Assembly: GCA_045599645.1 (NCBI GenBank)
Contig: JAZRWI010000112.1
Location: 4,566-68,565, forward strand
DNA: 64,000 nucleotides
Source of the DNA: Candidatus Avigastranaerophilus sp.
GTDB taxonomy: Bacteria > Muiribacteriota > Ozemobacteria > Ozemobacterales > Ozemobacteraceae
Reading direction: 5' to 3'
Below are positions 29,180 through 39,151 of the stretch, piece after piece; positions within the stretch are counted from its first letter, which is position 1; every line of letters starts with the position of its first letter. Made by a program: the position numbers and the translations under genes. The notes under the pieces were generated by a model. That model did not search any database and was not told the origin of the DNA. It saw nothing but the letters and a program-made list of their open reading frames with translations.

Positions 29180-31201
29180 TTACTCATTTAAAGCAGCAGA
29201 CAGCTTAATTCTAAGAATTTTTGAGGCTGGGAATGGTTTGCCTGGTGGCGGCATCTGCCTTACTACTACGCCATCTCCATCATAGATAGCCTTTAAGCCC
29301 ATGCTATTAACAACCTGCATGGCTCCTTTCAAAGACTTACCCATTAAATTTGGAACACAATTGATACCTACAGGTGGCGGGCCATTCAAAGTAGTTTCAT
29401 TTGCAGCAACAGATTCCATTGTCTGAGGAATATATCCTATTTCACCATGAGCAACAGTAGTTTCAACCAACTGACTGACACCACCGGCAACTTCAGGCTT
29501 TACACCTTTATCCGGCGGAACTTTCATGTATTTAAGTATTTTTTCTGCAATAACACCAAAAGAAGGAGCAGCCAAGCGGCTACCAAACATAGTCTTAGTA
29601 TCGCCCTTAGGTTCGTTCAATGCAACAAATACAACAATCTTTGGGTCCATTGCCGGTGCCATGCCTATAAATGATGTGACAAGCTTTGTGTTAGAATAAC
29701 CGCCTTTTCCATCAGGCTTTTGGGCAGTACTTGTCTTACCACCGCAAGTATAATCTTCCATGGCTGCTCTTTTACCACCGCCTTCTTCGACTACGCCTCT
29801 AAGCATAGAACGAAGCTTTCTGGCAAGTGGAGCAGAAACTACCTTTCGTAATACTTCCGGTTCGAAATTCTGTTTAAATTCACCGTCTGCAGAGGAAATT
29901 CTCTTAATAAGCCTTGGTCTTATCAGATTACCACCATTTGCAATAGCGCAATAGGCTTGAATAACCTGAAGAGCGGTAACAGTCATTTCCTGACCAATAC
30001 ACAAAGACGAAGGAGAAAACAATGACCATCTTGAAGGTGGTCTTAGAATACCACTGCTTTCTGCCAGGACTTCAACACCGGTAGGTTCACCAAAACCGAA
30101 TTTCTTATACATACGATAAATCATATCAGGTTCAACTAACTGAGAAAGTTGCAACATTGCAGCATTGCAAGAGTTGGCAACCGCACCGTTTATATCAAGA
30201 AGTCCGTGGTGACCTGTGCATTTCATTTTTCGGCCTGGCATTTCGCCATAGCCTTTACAATAAAAACGTGTTCCTGAGTCTACCTTGTGATTTTCCAGAG
30301 CTGTAGCCGCAGCAACAATCTTAATACATGAACCCGGTTCAAACATATCTGTAGCTGGTCTGTTTTTAATATCCCAAGGTCTGCTTCTACCAAAATTATT
30401 AAGGTCATAAGTTGGATAACAAGCCATACCAAGAATTTCACCAGTATATGGGTCTGCTGCTATTGCTGTGCTATCCATCGGGTCATATTTCTTATGTATT
30501 TCAAGCAGTTCATTTTCCAAAACATGCTGAATAAAAGCATCTATAGTCAGGGTTATATTACTGCCGCCCATTGCCGGGGTAATATTTCTGACTTTATTAG
30601 CTGTTGAGTTATCGCTTAAGGTAACATCCTCCTGAATTGCCATGCCAGGATATCCTTTAAGGGTCTTGTCATAAAGCTTTTCTATGCCTTCAAGACCTTC
30701 CTGTTCAGCACCGCAGAAACCAATCAGGTTTGCTGATAATGTATTCTGAGGATAATATCTCTGGAAATGGCTTTCCAAACGAATGCCAGGCACATTTAAT
30801 GATTTAAGTTTATTGGCAAGATTCAATTCAATGTTTTTACACAATAGGGCATATTTACCTTTTTTACATTTTTCAAGAATTTCATCCTTGGTTATTGGAA
30901 GCACTGAAGCCAGTTTTTCTGCAACTTCTCCAAGGTTCTTTATTTCTTTTGTATAAAGGTAAACATGATATGTTTCAACAGATATTGCCAGTTCCATACC
31001 GTGTCTGTCGAAAATAGTACCTCGTTTTACTTCTAATACACGCTTGCTCTGATGGTTTTTTGTTGAAAGCTTAGACCATTGATCAAACTGGTAAATCTGC
31101 AAATAGCAAAGACGGACAATAAAAACCACAAGAACAAATGCTGCTACAAGCAGCAGAAATATTACTCTGAAAATTCTCGGTCTTAGTGGCTTTTTACGCA
31201 T
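29180..31201 (-). CDS. ftsI: Penicillin-binding protein / peptidoglycan D,D-transpeptidase FtsI with C-terminal PASTA-like domain
   Basis: N-terminal TM; dimerisation domain; transpeptidase S-C-I-K (SxxK), SxN and KTS(G) motifs; C-terminal VPNLMGKSLKGAMQVVNSMGLKAIYDGDGVVVRQ resembles a PASTA domain. Confidence 0.85.
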   Translation of the reverse strand: MRKKPLRPRIFRVIFLLLVAAFVLVVFIVRLCYLQIYQFDQWSKLSTKNHQSKRVLEVKRGTIFDRHGMELAISVETYHVYLYTKEIKNLGEVAEKLASVLPITKDEILEKCKKGKYALLCKNIELNLANKLKSLNVPGIRLESHFQRYYPQNTLSANLIGFCGAEQEGLEGIEKLYDKTLKGYPGMAIQEDVTLSDNSTANKVRNITPAMGGSNITLTIDAFIQHVLENELLEIHKKYDPMDSTAIAADPYTGEILGMACYPTYDLNNFGRSRPWDIKNRPATDMFEPGSCIKIVAAATALENHKVDSGTRFYCKGYGEMPGRKMKCTGHHGLLDINGAVANSCNAAMLQLSQLVEPDMIYRMYKKFGFGEPTGVEVLAESSGILRPPSRWSLFSPSSLCIGQEMTVTALQVIQAYCAIANGGNLIRPRLIKRISSADGEFKQNFEPEVLRKVVSAPLARKLRSMLRGVVEEGGGKRAAMEDYTCGGKTSTAQKPDGKGGYSNTKLVTSFIGMAPAMDPKIVVFVALNEPKGDTKTMFGSRLAAPSFGVIAEKILKYMKVPPDKGVKPEVAGGVSQLVETTVAHGEIGYIPQTMESVAANETTLNGPPPVGINCVPNLMGKSLKGAMQVVNSMGLKAIYDGDGVVVRQMPPPGKPFPASKILRIKLSAALNE

Positions 31202-31213
31202 AAAATCCTTCTT

Positions 31214-32155
31214 TTAAAGCTTAACTACACTTCTCAATCTTGCTGAACGGGAACGTGGATTTTGAGAAATTTCTTCTTCAGTGGCAAAAACAGCCTTTCT
31301 TGTTAGCAGACTAATAGTCGGCTTTTTACCACAGACACATACAGGGAACTGAGGTGGGCACACACAGCCCTTGGCGTTTTTCTGAATAAAATTCTTTACC
31401 AATCTATCTTCTAATGAATGGAAGGAAATAATGCTCAGATGTCCACCTTTATTCAAGCAGCTCAAAGCTATTTCTAAAAAGTCGCTGATTTCTTCCAATT
31501 CATGATTTACAGCTATTCTTAGAGCCTGGAAGGTTCTTGTTGCCGGATGAATATGCTTCTGATTCTTAGGAGAAGCCGGAACCACGTCGCAAACAACCTT
31601 TGCTAATTCATCAGTGGTTTCAAAAGGCTTAGTTTCCCTGAATTTCAGAATAGCTTCAGCAATTTTGCGACCGAATCTTTCTTCGCCATATTCAAATATA
31701 ATCTTTTCCAATTCTTCCTTAGAAAGGGTATTTACTAAATCTGCTGCTGTCTGGCCTTCATTAGCATTCATGCGCATATCAAGAGGTCCTGGTTTAGAAA
31801 AAGAAAAGCCTCTGTCCGGATTATCAAGCTGATATGAAGAAACACCTAAGTCTAATAATATGCCGTCAACACCTTTTAAGCCGGCAACTTCAAGAACTTT
31901 TGGCAAATCCGAAGCATTAGCCTGATACAGGCTTAATCTTGGTTCGTCAAAGGTATCTCTTGCATAACCAAGAATTTCAGCATCTCGGTCTATACCCATT
32001 GCCAATTCAACAGAAGGATATGCTTTGAGAATTGCCCTTGTGTGACCACCTAATCCAAAAGTGCCATCAACAAAGGTTTTACCATTTTCTGGCAAAGCAT
32101 ATTTTACTACTTCTTCTAATAAAACAGACTTATGTTCAGGTTTTACGTTACTCAT
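31214..32155 (-). CDS. rsmH: 16S rRNA (cytosine1402-N4)-methyltransferase RsmH (MraW)
   Basis: FVDGTFGLGGHT SAM-binding signature; position immediately upstream of ftsI. Confidence 0.9.
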   Translation of the reverse strand: MSNVKPEHKSVLLEEVVKYALPENGKTFVDGTFGLGGHTRAILKAYPSVELAMGIDRDAEILGYARDTFDEPRLSLYQANASDLPKVLEVAGLKGVDGILLDLGVSSYQLDNPDRGFSFSKPGPLDMRMNANEGQTAADLVNTLSKEELEKIIFEYGEERFGRKIAEAILKFRETKPFETTDELAKVVCDVVPASPKNQKHIHPATRTFQALRIAVNHELEEISDFLEIALSCLNKGGHLSIISFHSLEDRLVKNFIQKNAKGCVCPPQFPVCVCGKKPTISLLTRKAVFATEEEISQNPRSRSARLRSVVKL

Positions 32156-32555
32156 AAATACTCTTCCAATTCTTGGGTAGCTTTATATAAATTGGCTTTC
32201 CAGGTTCTACCATTCCCAATTCGCTCTTAGCTCTTTCAGATATTTTAATAATGGAATGGAGCTTTGTTATTTCTGCCTTTATATCTTCGTTGCTGCTTTC
32301 TAAGCCTTCTCTTGTAGAAGTGAGATTCTTTATGCGCAGCTTTATTTCAACCATCTTGGTTGATTGCCATATATATACTGTGAGCATTGAGCTCAGCAGC
32401 AATATTGCTGTTATATAAAGTCTAATAATATGCCTTCGTCTTGCTACATCTTCCAGAGTAACATCTTCACGGGCCGCAGCTATCTTTGGCTCGGTCTGTT
32501 CTGGCAATACTACTGAAATTTTCCTATTCAAGCTACACCTACTATTTTTGTACAT
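32148..32555 (-). CDS. FtsL/FtsB-like septum-formation initiator (single TM + coiled coil), located upstream of rsmH
   Basis: 135 aa; TM helix RLYITAILLLSSMLTVYIW followed by a coiled coil; overlaps rsmH start by 8 nt. Assignment is by architecture and context only. Confidence 0.5.
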   Translation of the reverse strand: MYKNSRCSLNRKISVVLPEQTEPKIAAAREDVTLEDVARRRHIIRLYITAILLLSSMLTVYIWQSTKMVEIKLRIKNLTSTREGLESSNEDIKAEITKLHSIIKISERAKSELGMVEPGKPIYIKLPKNWKSIYE

Positions 32556-32619
32556 AACAGAGGGAGAACCCTTTATGGATTCTCCCTCTGAAATTTTTTC
32601 GGATATCAGAGAACGAATA

Positions 32620-35421
32620 TCATTCTTCTAATGTACCATGTTGTACGTCAAAATCCAAGAGACTACGAACTTTTTTTTCAAGTTCTGTTACAGCCTTGCG
32701 TTCATCTGCGTTCAATTCAGAGAATGACTTAAGAAGTTTTACGCCGCTGTTTGGATCAGCCTTGTATTCTTCCTTAATCTGGTTCATAAGTCTTTCTTCT
32801 ACATTTGAAAGCAAATCAGCACGTTCTATAACAACACGTTCTGAAGTTTCTACACTTCTGCTGAGATTTGGTCTTCTTGCTGAAGCTCTTGCCAGATTCT
32901 TAACTTCATCACTGCTCTTTGGCTGCATGAAGCTGCTGATGTATTTCATCAATTCATTTCTCTGTGGCTTGCTGTTAACTGATTCAATAGCGAAACCGAA
33001 TAACATAAGTCTGTAGCCATCAAGAACCTTAACTGCTGCAGCGCCTGAAGAAGAAACACCGCGTGAGAAGGAACCCGGTTTGTGGTTTGGACCATTCATT
33101 TCGCGTTCATCTGCCATGTCGCGAGCGCCTTCTTCATACTTGAAGATTGCTTCAGCGCCAGACAATGGGTCGATTTCATCAGGCCACTTCTGGTTGTTAG
33201 CACCGTCACCGCCAAAAATCTGGAACTGGTGGCCGCCACATACCTTAATACCAGAAACAACGTGAACATTTACGTCGTCCTGAACAAATCTGCACTTACA
33301 TCTTGTTCTCAGGAATTCATGATCTCTGAGACAGAATGCCATATCCTGACCATCAAGAACTACTCTGCCACCAATCTTAAGGAACTGGTCGATAGCGTCA
33401 ATTTCTTCATCAGTCAAGCTCTGATCTGGAGTTGAATCCTGACAGCAGATTAATACCCAACCGTCTGAATAGCGCTTCAGAACTTCAGGTCTTACGTCAC
33501 CGTCAAAGAATCTATCCCAAGTATCATACTGGATACCAGCATCCTTGAGCATCTGTTCAAGAACAACAGCGCCAGCAGACTGATTGTCTGTATATACCAG
33601 AAGAACATGACCGTCACTAGCAAACTGTTCCTTAACGGCAAAACCAGCTCTTAATCTAGAAGCAGGCATATCCTTACCCTTAAGAGTGAAACCCATTTTT
33701 ACTTCTGCGCCAGCCTTGGCATCTTCAAGAACATTGAACTTATATGCAGTTAAAGTTTTGCTCTTGCCAGGTGCAGGCATACCCTTGAGGGTAAGCTCAC
33801 ACTTAAGGTTATCAATAAGCTTAATATTGGTATAGCCGCCGAACATTACGCTGTCAGCGCTCTTCTTACCGATATTCTTAATTTTTGCCTTAACAGTAAC
33901 TTCTTCACCTGCAGAAATACGGCCGTCCTTATTCTTGTCTTCGAAGATAATATCTTCAAGCTTGAGATAAGGAATATTTGGATTAGCAACTTCAGCCAAG
34001 AAACTGAACCAGAGAGTATCCTTTGCAAGAGAATGAGCTTTGTATCTGGTCTGGAAGGTCTTCAAGCCCTGTCTTGTCGGGAAGAAGATTGAAAGACCAC
34101 GGCTCTGCTTAAATTTGTCACCGTTGTAGGCCAATCTATAGACATAGCCGTTATGACCATTTTCGCCACACATTACTTTAAGTAAGCGAGTTGCTGCCTG
34201 CTTTACAGGAGCCTTAGCATGAGTCTTCTGAATAAGCAAAGCCAGGAAGTGACCTAAGTCAATGTAATCACCGTAAGAATACTTAAGAGCGCCATCGCGG
34301 GCAAATTCAAACTTGTCTACATCGCTAATGTTAGCTATTGCAGTCTTACAGAAATTATCAAGAGCTGCCTTGAAGCTGTCAGCCTTAGAATGGTCAACAA
34401 CAGAAATGGCAACTGCGGTATTACCCTGAGCACCAGCGCCACCGCTATAAGACTTGGCATAAGCGTCAGTAATAAGCTTGGCTAGTTCCAAACCGTCATA
34501 TTCTGGATTAGCAGTTACAGCTGCAGCGACCTTATCATAAGGCCAACCGCGTTCTGGTTCAAGATCCGGGGAACCAATCTGACACTTTGCAAATTCCTTT
34601 GTAGACCATGCAACTTCAGCCATCTGCATCAAGCAAGCGTCAAAAGCCATAATTTCAAGAGGTTTACCAGTAATAGAAACGATCTTAGCAAGAGTCTTTT
34701 CTAGTGTTGGTATATTCATTGAAGTCTTAGATGTGTCATCATAAGAGATGTTGAAGTTAATCTGAGGATTGAAAGCATGCTGCTTCTTTTTACCCTGGTT
34801 AGCTACACCTTCTAAGCCTGATGGCAGACCGATTTCGCCGAATTCGTCACTTTCCATTACATCCGGGTTGATTTCCTTCCAGCCAGTGCCGTGATTCCAA
34901 AGAATCAAGCAATATTTCTTGGCAGGATAGTTAGTTACAGCCCATTTAACGAAATCAGTAAGGGTCTTTGGATCAGCCATATCGATATCACCAAGAGTTT
35001 CAACTGCCGGTGATGTCATTTTCTTGGGGCTGCTATCTTTCTTAATATAGAAACGTCTAGCGCCAGACCACTTAAGTTCAGAATCCTTTGAATACTTACC
35101 ATTGCGGTCAATCTGTGCGACAAAATTAACCTGGTCGGTAGAACCGTATTTTTCAAGTTCGTTTATATCAAGGGAGGTTGCTGCTTCGAGGTTGTTATCG
35201 GCAGCCATGAAAAGCATAAAAGTCCATTCTTTTTCAACTGCTTCCCTATGAGTATTAGAAGTAGTAGACGGTCTACTAGTTGAAGAAGTTGTAGTTTTTG
35301 GCTTAGTTGTCTTTGGCTTAGTGCTAGTTGAAGTTGTTGCTGCATCTGCTGCAAAGGCTGCAAAGCAGAAGAACATAACAAACATAGCCATAAGCGAGGT
35401 TCTTGTAGACTTATTTAACAC
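32620..35421 (-). CDS. Secreted clostripain-like cysteine peptidase (family C11) with Ser/Thr-rich linker and long C-terminal extension
   Basis: Signal peptide; TTSTSTKPKTTKPKTTTSSTS linker; catalytic His in YCLILWNHGTGW and Cys in MAFDACLMQMAE, the clostripain/C11 dyad context. Confidence 0.8.
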   Translation of the reverse strand: MLNKSTRTSLMAMFVMFFCFAAFAADAATTSTSTKPKTTKPKTTTSSTSRPSTTSNTHREAVEKEWTFMLFMAADNNLEAATSLDINELEKYGSTDQVNFVAQIDRNGKYSKDSELKWSGARRFYIKKDSSPKKMTSPAVETLGDIDMADPKTLTDFVKWAVTNYPAKKYCLILWNHGTGWKEINPDVMESDEFGEIGLPSGLEGVANQGKKKQHAFNPQINFNISYDDTSKTSMNIPTLEKTLAKIVSITGKPLEIMAFDACLMQMAEVAWSTKEFAKCQIGSPDLEPERGWPYDKVAAAVTANPEYDGLELAKLITDAYAKSYSGGAGAQGNTAVAISVVDHSKADSFKAALDNFCKTAIANISDVDKFEFARDGALKYSYGDYIDLGHFLALLIQKTHAKAPVKQAATRLLKVMCGENGHNGYVYRLAYNGDKFKQSRGLSIFFPTRQGLKTFQTRYKAHSLAKDTLWFSFLAEVANPNIPYLKLEDIIFEDKNKDGRISAGEEVTVKAKIKNIGKKSADSVMFGGYTNIKLIDNLKCELTLKGMPAPGKSKTLTAYKFNVLEDAKAGAEVKMGFTLKGKDMPASRLRAGFAVKEQFASDGHVLLVYTDNQSAGAVVLEQMLKDAGIQYDTWDRFFDGDVRPEVLKRYSDGWVLICCQDSTPDQSLTDEEIDAIDQFLKIGGRVVLDGQDMAFCLRDHEFLRTRCKCRFVQDDVNVHVVSGIKVCGGHQFQIFGGDGANNQKWPDEIDPLSGAEAIFKYEEGARDMADEREMNGPNHKPGSFSRGVSSSGAAAVKVLDGYRLMLFGFAIESVNSKPQRNELMKYISSFMQPKSSDEVKNLARASARRPNLSRSVETSERVVIERADLLSNVEERLMNQIKEEYKADPNSGVKLLKSFSELNADERKAVTELEKKVRSLLDFDVQHGTLEE

Positions 35422-35479
35422 GCTTATTTCCTCCAGTTGATGTGTCGCACATCATATCAATTATAATAATCGGTACAAC

Positions 35480-36292
35480 ATGTGTCAAGTAAACAATGGT
35501 TTAAAGCATGATAAATCTATGCTAAAATACAAAATCATGAAAGAACTGAAATTTCTGAAAAAATATTCTGAAAGCTTTGGGAAACCTATGCTCAGAGCCA
35601 TAAAGAATTACAGCATGATAAAAAACGGCGACAGGATAGCAGTCGGTCTCTCCGGCGGGAAAGACAGTATAGCTTTACTTTATCTTCTTGCCTGGCTGCA
35701 AAAGTTTTCGCATCTTGAATTTGATCTATCTGCCATTCATATAAATACCTTCGGCAATCATGATAATCAAATTATTCAAAAGCTTTGCGAAGATTTGAAT
35801 ATAAAACTTTTCGAGGAGCATCTTCAAAGACCAGATGACCTGCCACCTAAGTCAATCTGTTCTGTCTGCGCCAGATTAAAACGCGGAGCCATGAGAAATA
35901 TCTGTGAAGCAAATAAAATCAGCACTCTGGCCTTTGGTCATCATGCCACGGACGCTGCTGAAACATTACTAATGAATATGCTGATAAACAAAAAGCTTGG
36001 CAGCTTCTGCCCTGTCGTAAGCATTCCTGATTCTGATATTAAAATCATCAGGCCAATGATTTACCTGACTGAAAACAAAATAATCAATCTCAATAAAGAA
36101 TTTGACCTGCCTGTAGCAGAACATCACTGTCCTTACGAAGACAAAAACCAGCGCAGTAAATACAAAAGTCTTCTCATGAGCATCTCAGAAAATTCAGGTA
36201 TCCCAGATTCTGAGCTCCAGATTGTCAGTGCCCTTGAAAACATCGACGAAGCAAACCGATATTCAAATGTTGCAGCAATTCTAAGTCACTAA
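35480..36292 (+). CDS. ttcA: tRNA 2-thiocytidine(32) synthetase TtcA-like PP-loop ATPase
   Basis: PP-loop GLSGGKDS; CxxC pairs (CSVCARL, HHCPYED) typical of TtcA. True start may be an internal Met (about 35519-35537). Confidence 0.75.
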   Translation: MCQVNNGLKHDKSMLKYKIMKELKFLKKYSESFGKPMLRAIKNYSMIKNGDRIAVGLSGGKDSIALLYLLAWLQKFSHLEFDLSAIHINTFGNHDNQIIQKLCEDLNIKLFEEHLQRPDDLPPKSICSVCARLKRGAMRNICEANKISTLAFGHHATDAAETLLMNMLINKKLGSFCPVVSIPDSDIKIIRPMIYLTENKIINLNKEFDLPVAEHHCPYEDKNQRSKYKSLLMSISENSGIPDSELQIVSALENIDEANRYSNVAAILSH

Positions 36293-36305
36293 TTACAGAT
36301 TTCTA

Positions 36306-36677
36306 TCAGTCTTTTTTTTCTATTATTTCCGCGCCAAAAGGAAGAAGCGAAAGCTGAGCCAGCTTAAAGCACTGAATCCCGACAGGAATACCAACAATAG
36401 AAATGCACCAGCACAGGCCCAAAGAAGCATAGGTCAATGCCAGTTCCCACCCGAAAAGGATTATCCAGATTACATTGGCGATAATAGGCACAGAACTGTT
36501 TTTATATACAATTTCTTTACCAAATGGACAGAGAGTCAGTTCAGCATTCTTAAAGCACTGACGGCCAAGAGGTATGCCAATCACAGTTATATAACAAAGC
36601 AAACCGCCTATCCACCAGGCAATGGCAGTCCATAAACCAGTTAAAAGGAACCAAAGTATATTTAAAATTAAATTCAT
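36306..36677 (-). CDS. yccF: YccF-family inner membrane protein (tandem DUF307 repeats)
   Basis: Duplicated IGIPLGRQCFKNAELTLCPFGKEI / VGIPVGIQCFKLAQLSLLPFGAEI motifs. Confidence 0.8.
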   Translation of the reverse strand: MNLILNILWFLLTGLWTAIAWWIGGLLCYITVIGIPLGRQCFKNAELTLCPFGKEIVYKNSSVPIIANVIWIILFGWELALTYASLGLCWCISIVGIPVGIQCFKLAQLSLLPFGAEIIEKKD

Positions 36678-36752
36678 TTCTTTATGACCTCATTTTCATT
36701 ATTCACAATTTTATATAATACTCTAACTAAAAATCTCTTCAAAATAAAATTA

Positions 36753-37670
36753 TTATTTGCTACCAATATATAAAAATACAAGAGCTAGCAATACCAAAAT
36801 CAAATCCAGCGCCTTAGACCTAAGATTCTTTTCATGGAATATCAAAACTCCGCAAAGGAAGCTTACAACAACGCTGCTGCGTCGAATCATGGACATAATA
36901 CTCAACAATGCATCCGGAAATGTTAACGCGTAAAAATATGAAAAATCAGATAAGGTTATAAAAACACTGATTAACGGAATGCTCCATTTCCAAACAAAGG
37001 GTGTAGAGCTTTTGCGTTTTGGCCACCACAATAACGCAACCACAGGAATCATCATAAAAAACTGATAAATATTGAACCAGCATAAAACAGACATCTTATT
37101 TATTCCTAAGCCGCCAGCACTGGGTGGAATAATAAGATATTTGTCATAAACAGCAGAACAAGCACCAAAAATATTAGACAATATGATACAGATTATCCAT
37201 TTATTGTGCTTAAAATCTATTCCTTCCTTTTTGCCAGAGCAAGATAGTAAATAGAAAGCAACTATAGCTGTTACTACCCCAATAATCTGCCAAACATTCA
37301 ATCTTTCAGAGAACAAGGTTAAAGCCCCCATAATAACCATTACTGGTCTGGTAGCATTAATTGGCCCAACGATAGTTATTGGCAGATACTTCAAGCCAAT
37401 GTATCCAAAAATCCAACTGGAAAGAACGATGCAGGATTTTACCAGAATAAATTTCTGCTGATCCCAGCAATATGGGGCTGTGTAAACAATTGAGTTTTCA
37501 GTGAATACACCGTTTGCCGAAAAAGCAACAAATGGCAAAAGAATCAAAGATGAAAAAAGCGTATTCAGCAACAACACCGGGAAAACTGCATTATCCTTCA
37601 ATGACTGCTTCTTAGAAGCATCATAAAAGCCGGCAGTAATACAAGATAGTGTTATCAAAATCAACCACAT
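36753..37670 (-). CDS. EamA/DMT-superfamily transporter (10 TM)
   Basis: Two EamA-like halves ending in GALTLFSERLN and GVLIFHEKNL. Confidence 0.65.
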   Translation of the reverse strand: MWLILITLSCITAGFYDASKKQSLKDNAVFPVLLLNTLFSSLILLPFVAFSANGVFTENSIVYTAPYCWDQQKFILVKSCIVLSSWIFGYIGLKYLPITIVGPINATRPVMVIMGALTLFSERLNVWQIIGVVTAIVAFYLLSCSGKKEGIDFKHNKWIICIILSNIFGACSAVYDKYLIIPPSAGGLGINKMSVLCWFNIYQFFMMIPVVALLWWPKRKSSTPFVWKWSIPLISVFITLSDFSYFYALTFPDALLSIMSMIRRSSVVVSFLCGVLIFHEKNLRSKALDLILVLLALVFLYIGSK

Positions 37671-37671
37671 A

Positions 37672-37697
37672 ATAAAAAAGCCCCTTTACAGGGGCCT
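37672..37697 (-). terminator. Rho-independent terminator downstream of the hydrolase gene (minus strand)
   Basis: gcccctgtaaaggggc hairpin followed by TTTTTTATT when read on the minus strand. Confidence 0.6.
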
Positions 37698-37721
37698 AAG
37701 TATAACACTCTTTTGATGAAA

Positions 37722-38870
37722 TTAAAAATCAAAGCTGTAGTGATGATCCCAGAGGCGGCGCTGAACCATATCAGCATTCAATTTGGTATTGCTAAAAACA
37801 ACAGACCACTGGGTGTTGCTTGTAACAGATTCAGGATTTGGGGCAGATGATGAGGCTTGCAAAGCTTCCCAGGCAACATCCTTGGTAAGATTTTCTTTAT
37901 TCTTTTCCAAAACATCAACAACCTTGTCATAGCGTTCACGACCGTGGCCATAAACCCCGTTTCTCTGGTAAGACTTAACCTGGTCTATATACTTAGCATA
38001 GAAGTTTGTAATAGCATTAATCTTTGTTTCAACCATTTCACGGGTTGGGCTCATGCAATCCCATTCCACAACACGGCTATCACCTGTTGAATCAGCAATA
38101 AAGAAATGATAATCTCTGCCATTTACAGCAAGCATGTCATATTCCTTCAAGATATCAACAGCCTTCTGGGTCGAATCTGCCTTATCAAGAACCAGTCTTA
38201 TAGCCAGTGAAGTAGCAATCTTTTTCTTCCCATTGTTCTGGTTTGTTGGTTCGCTATCGAGGGTTAATACGGCAATAGAAACACCTTTTTCATTAACGCC
38301 GTCATTACAGATATATGGACCAAACAAGCATGCCAGTTTAGTCATAATAGAACTGTCGGCATTGTCTGCCCCAACATTATTCAATGCAGCAAAACCAATT
38401 GACCTATAACCATCTTTGGGGTTGCATCTAACCAGCAAAGCAGAGGTATCAAGCTTAAAATCATAATTTCTGCCAGTAAAAACTTCACCGTTTTTATCAC
38501 GCATGATAAATGCTGTGCAGCCATAATTCGGCAGCTTCAATTCAAATGGGAGATTTGGCAAAGCCTCAGCGGCAACTGCTTTTACAAATGATTCTGTATC
38601 TGTAAAATTTCCGATTATATTATCTGAATTATAATCGTATTTTATTTCCATTTCGTAGACATTATAGTCAGGCTTTGAAGGCTCTAACTTCTTCAAGGTT
38701 TCAATACTGGCCATCCTGCTCTTATAAGCATCACTGGCAAGTATAGCCTGCAGCTTTTCTTCATCAGAAGAATCTGCAGCATAAGACCAATTACATCCAG
38801 CAAAAACAGCAAATCCCAAAACAAGACCCAATAACAATCTATTCTTTCGCATAAACCCCTCCCCCCTCAA
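37722..38870 (-). CDS. Choloylglycine-hydrolase-family (linear amide C-N hydrolase, Ntn/C59) lipoprotein
   Basis: Lipobox FAGC; Ntn nucleophile context GCTAFIMRDKNGEVFTGRNYDF (C-T...GRN.D) typical of the CBAH/PVA family. Confidence 0.65.
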   Translation of the reverse strand: MRGEGFMRKNRLLLGLVLGFAVFAGCNWSYAADSSDEEKLQAILASDAYKSRMASIETLKKLEPSKPDYNVYEMEIKYDYNSDNIIGNFTDTESFVKAVAAEALPNLPFELKLPNYGCTAFIMRDKNGEVFTGRNYDFKLDTSALLVRCNPKDGYRSIGFAALNNVGADNADSSIMTKLACLFGPYICNDGVNEKGVSIAVLTLDSEPTNQNNGKKKIATSLAIRLVLDKADSTQKAVDILKEYDMLAVNGRDYHFFIADSTGDSRVVEWDCMSPTREMVETKINAITNFYAKYIDQVKSYQRNGVYGHGRERYDKVVDVLEKNKENLTKDVAWEALQASSSAPNPESVTSNTQWSVVFSNTKLNADMVQRRLWDHHYSFDF

Positions 38871-38910
38871 GCGTTATAACACAACTACTGCACAAATTTC
38901 AACCACCAAC

Positions 38911-38987
38911 TATGACCTTATTTTCTATGGTTTTATCTATGTGAGCTAGATCTGTTCCTGAAAGAGAAGACAGAGCCACCTCAATAA
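38911..38987 (-). pseudogene. Fragment (~77 bp, ~85% identical) of the XRE-DUF4065 antitoxin gene found intact at 56172-56933
   Basis: Direct alignment of 38911-38987 with 56305-56384; the fragment contains an in-frame stop and cannot encode a protein. Confidence 0.6.
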
Positions 38988-39151
38988 AAGACAATAAGTT
39001 GGATTCACAGCAGATGAAGTAAAAGCATTGAGTCAGCAATCATGATTGAAAATAATAGCTCAATAAATACTGCTTATTTGTCTTGAATAAATGTTAAAAC
39101 AATATTAGAATACGTAAAAGCAGCAATAATGGGTCTTTCTAGGAGGAAAAA

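Noticed and set aside
35163-35381. 72-aa Q/L-rich minus-strand ORF
   Set aside because: Alternate frame of the Ser/Thr-rich linker region of the C11 peptidase gene, not an independent gene.
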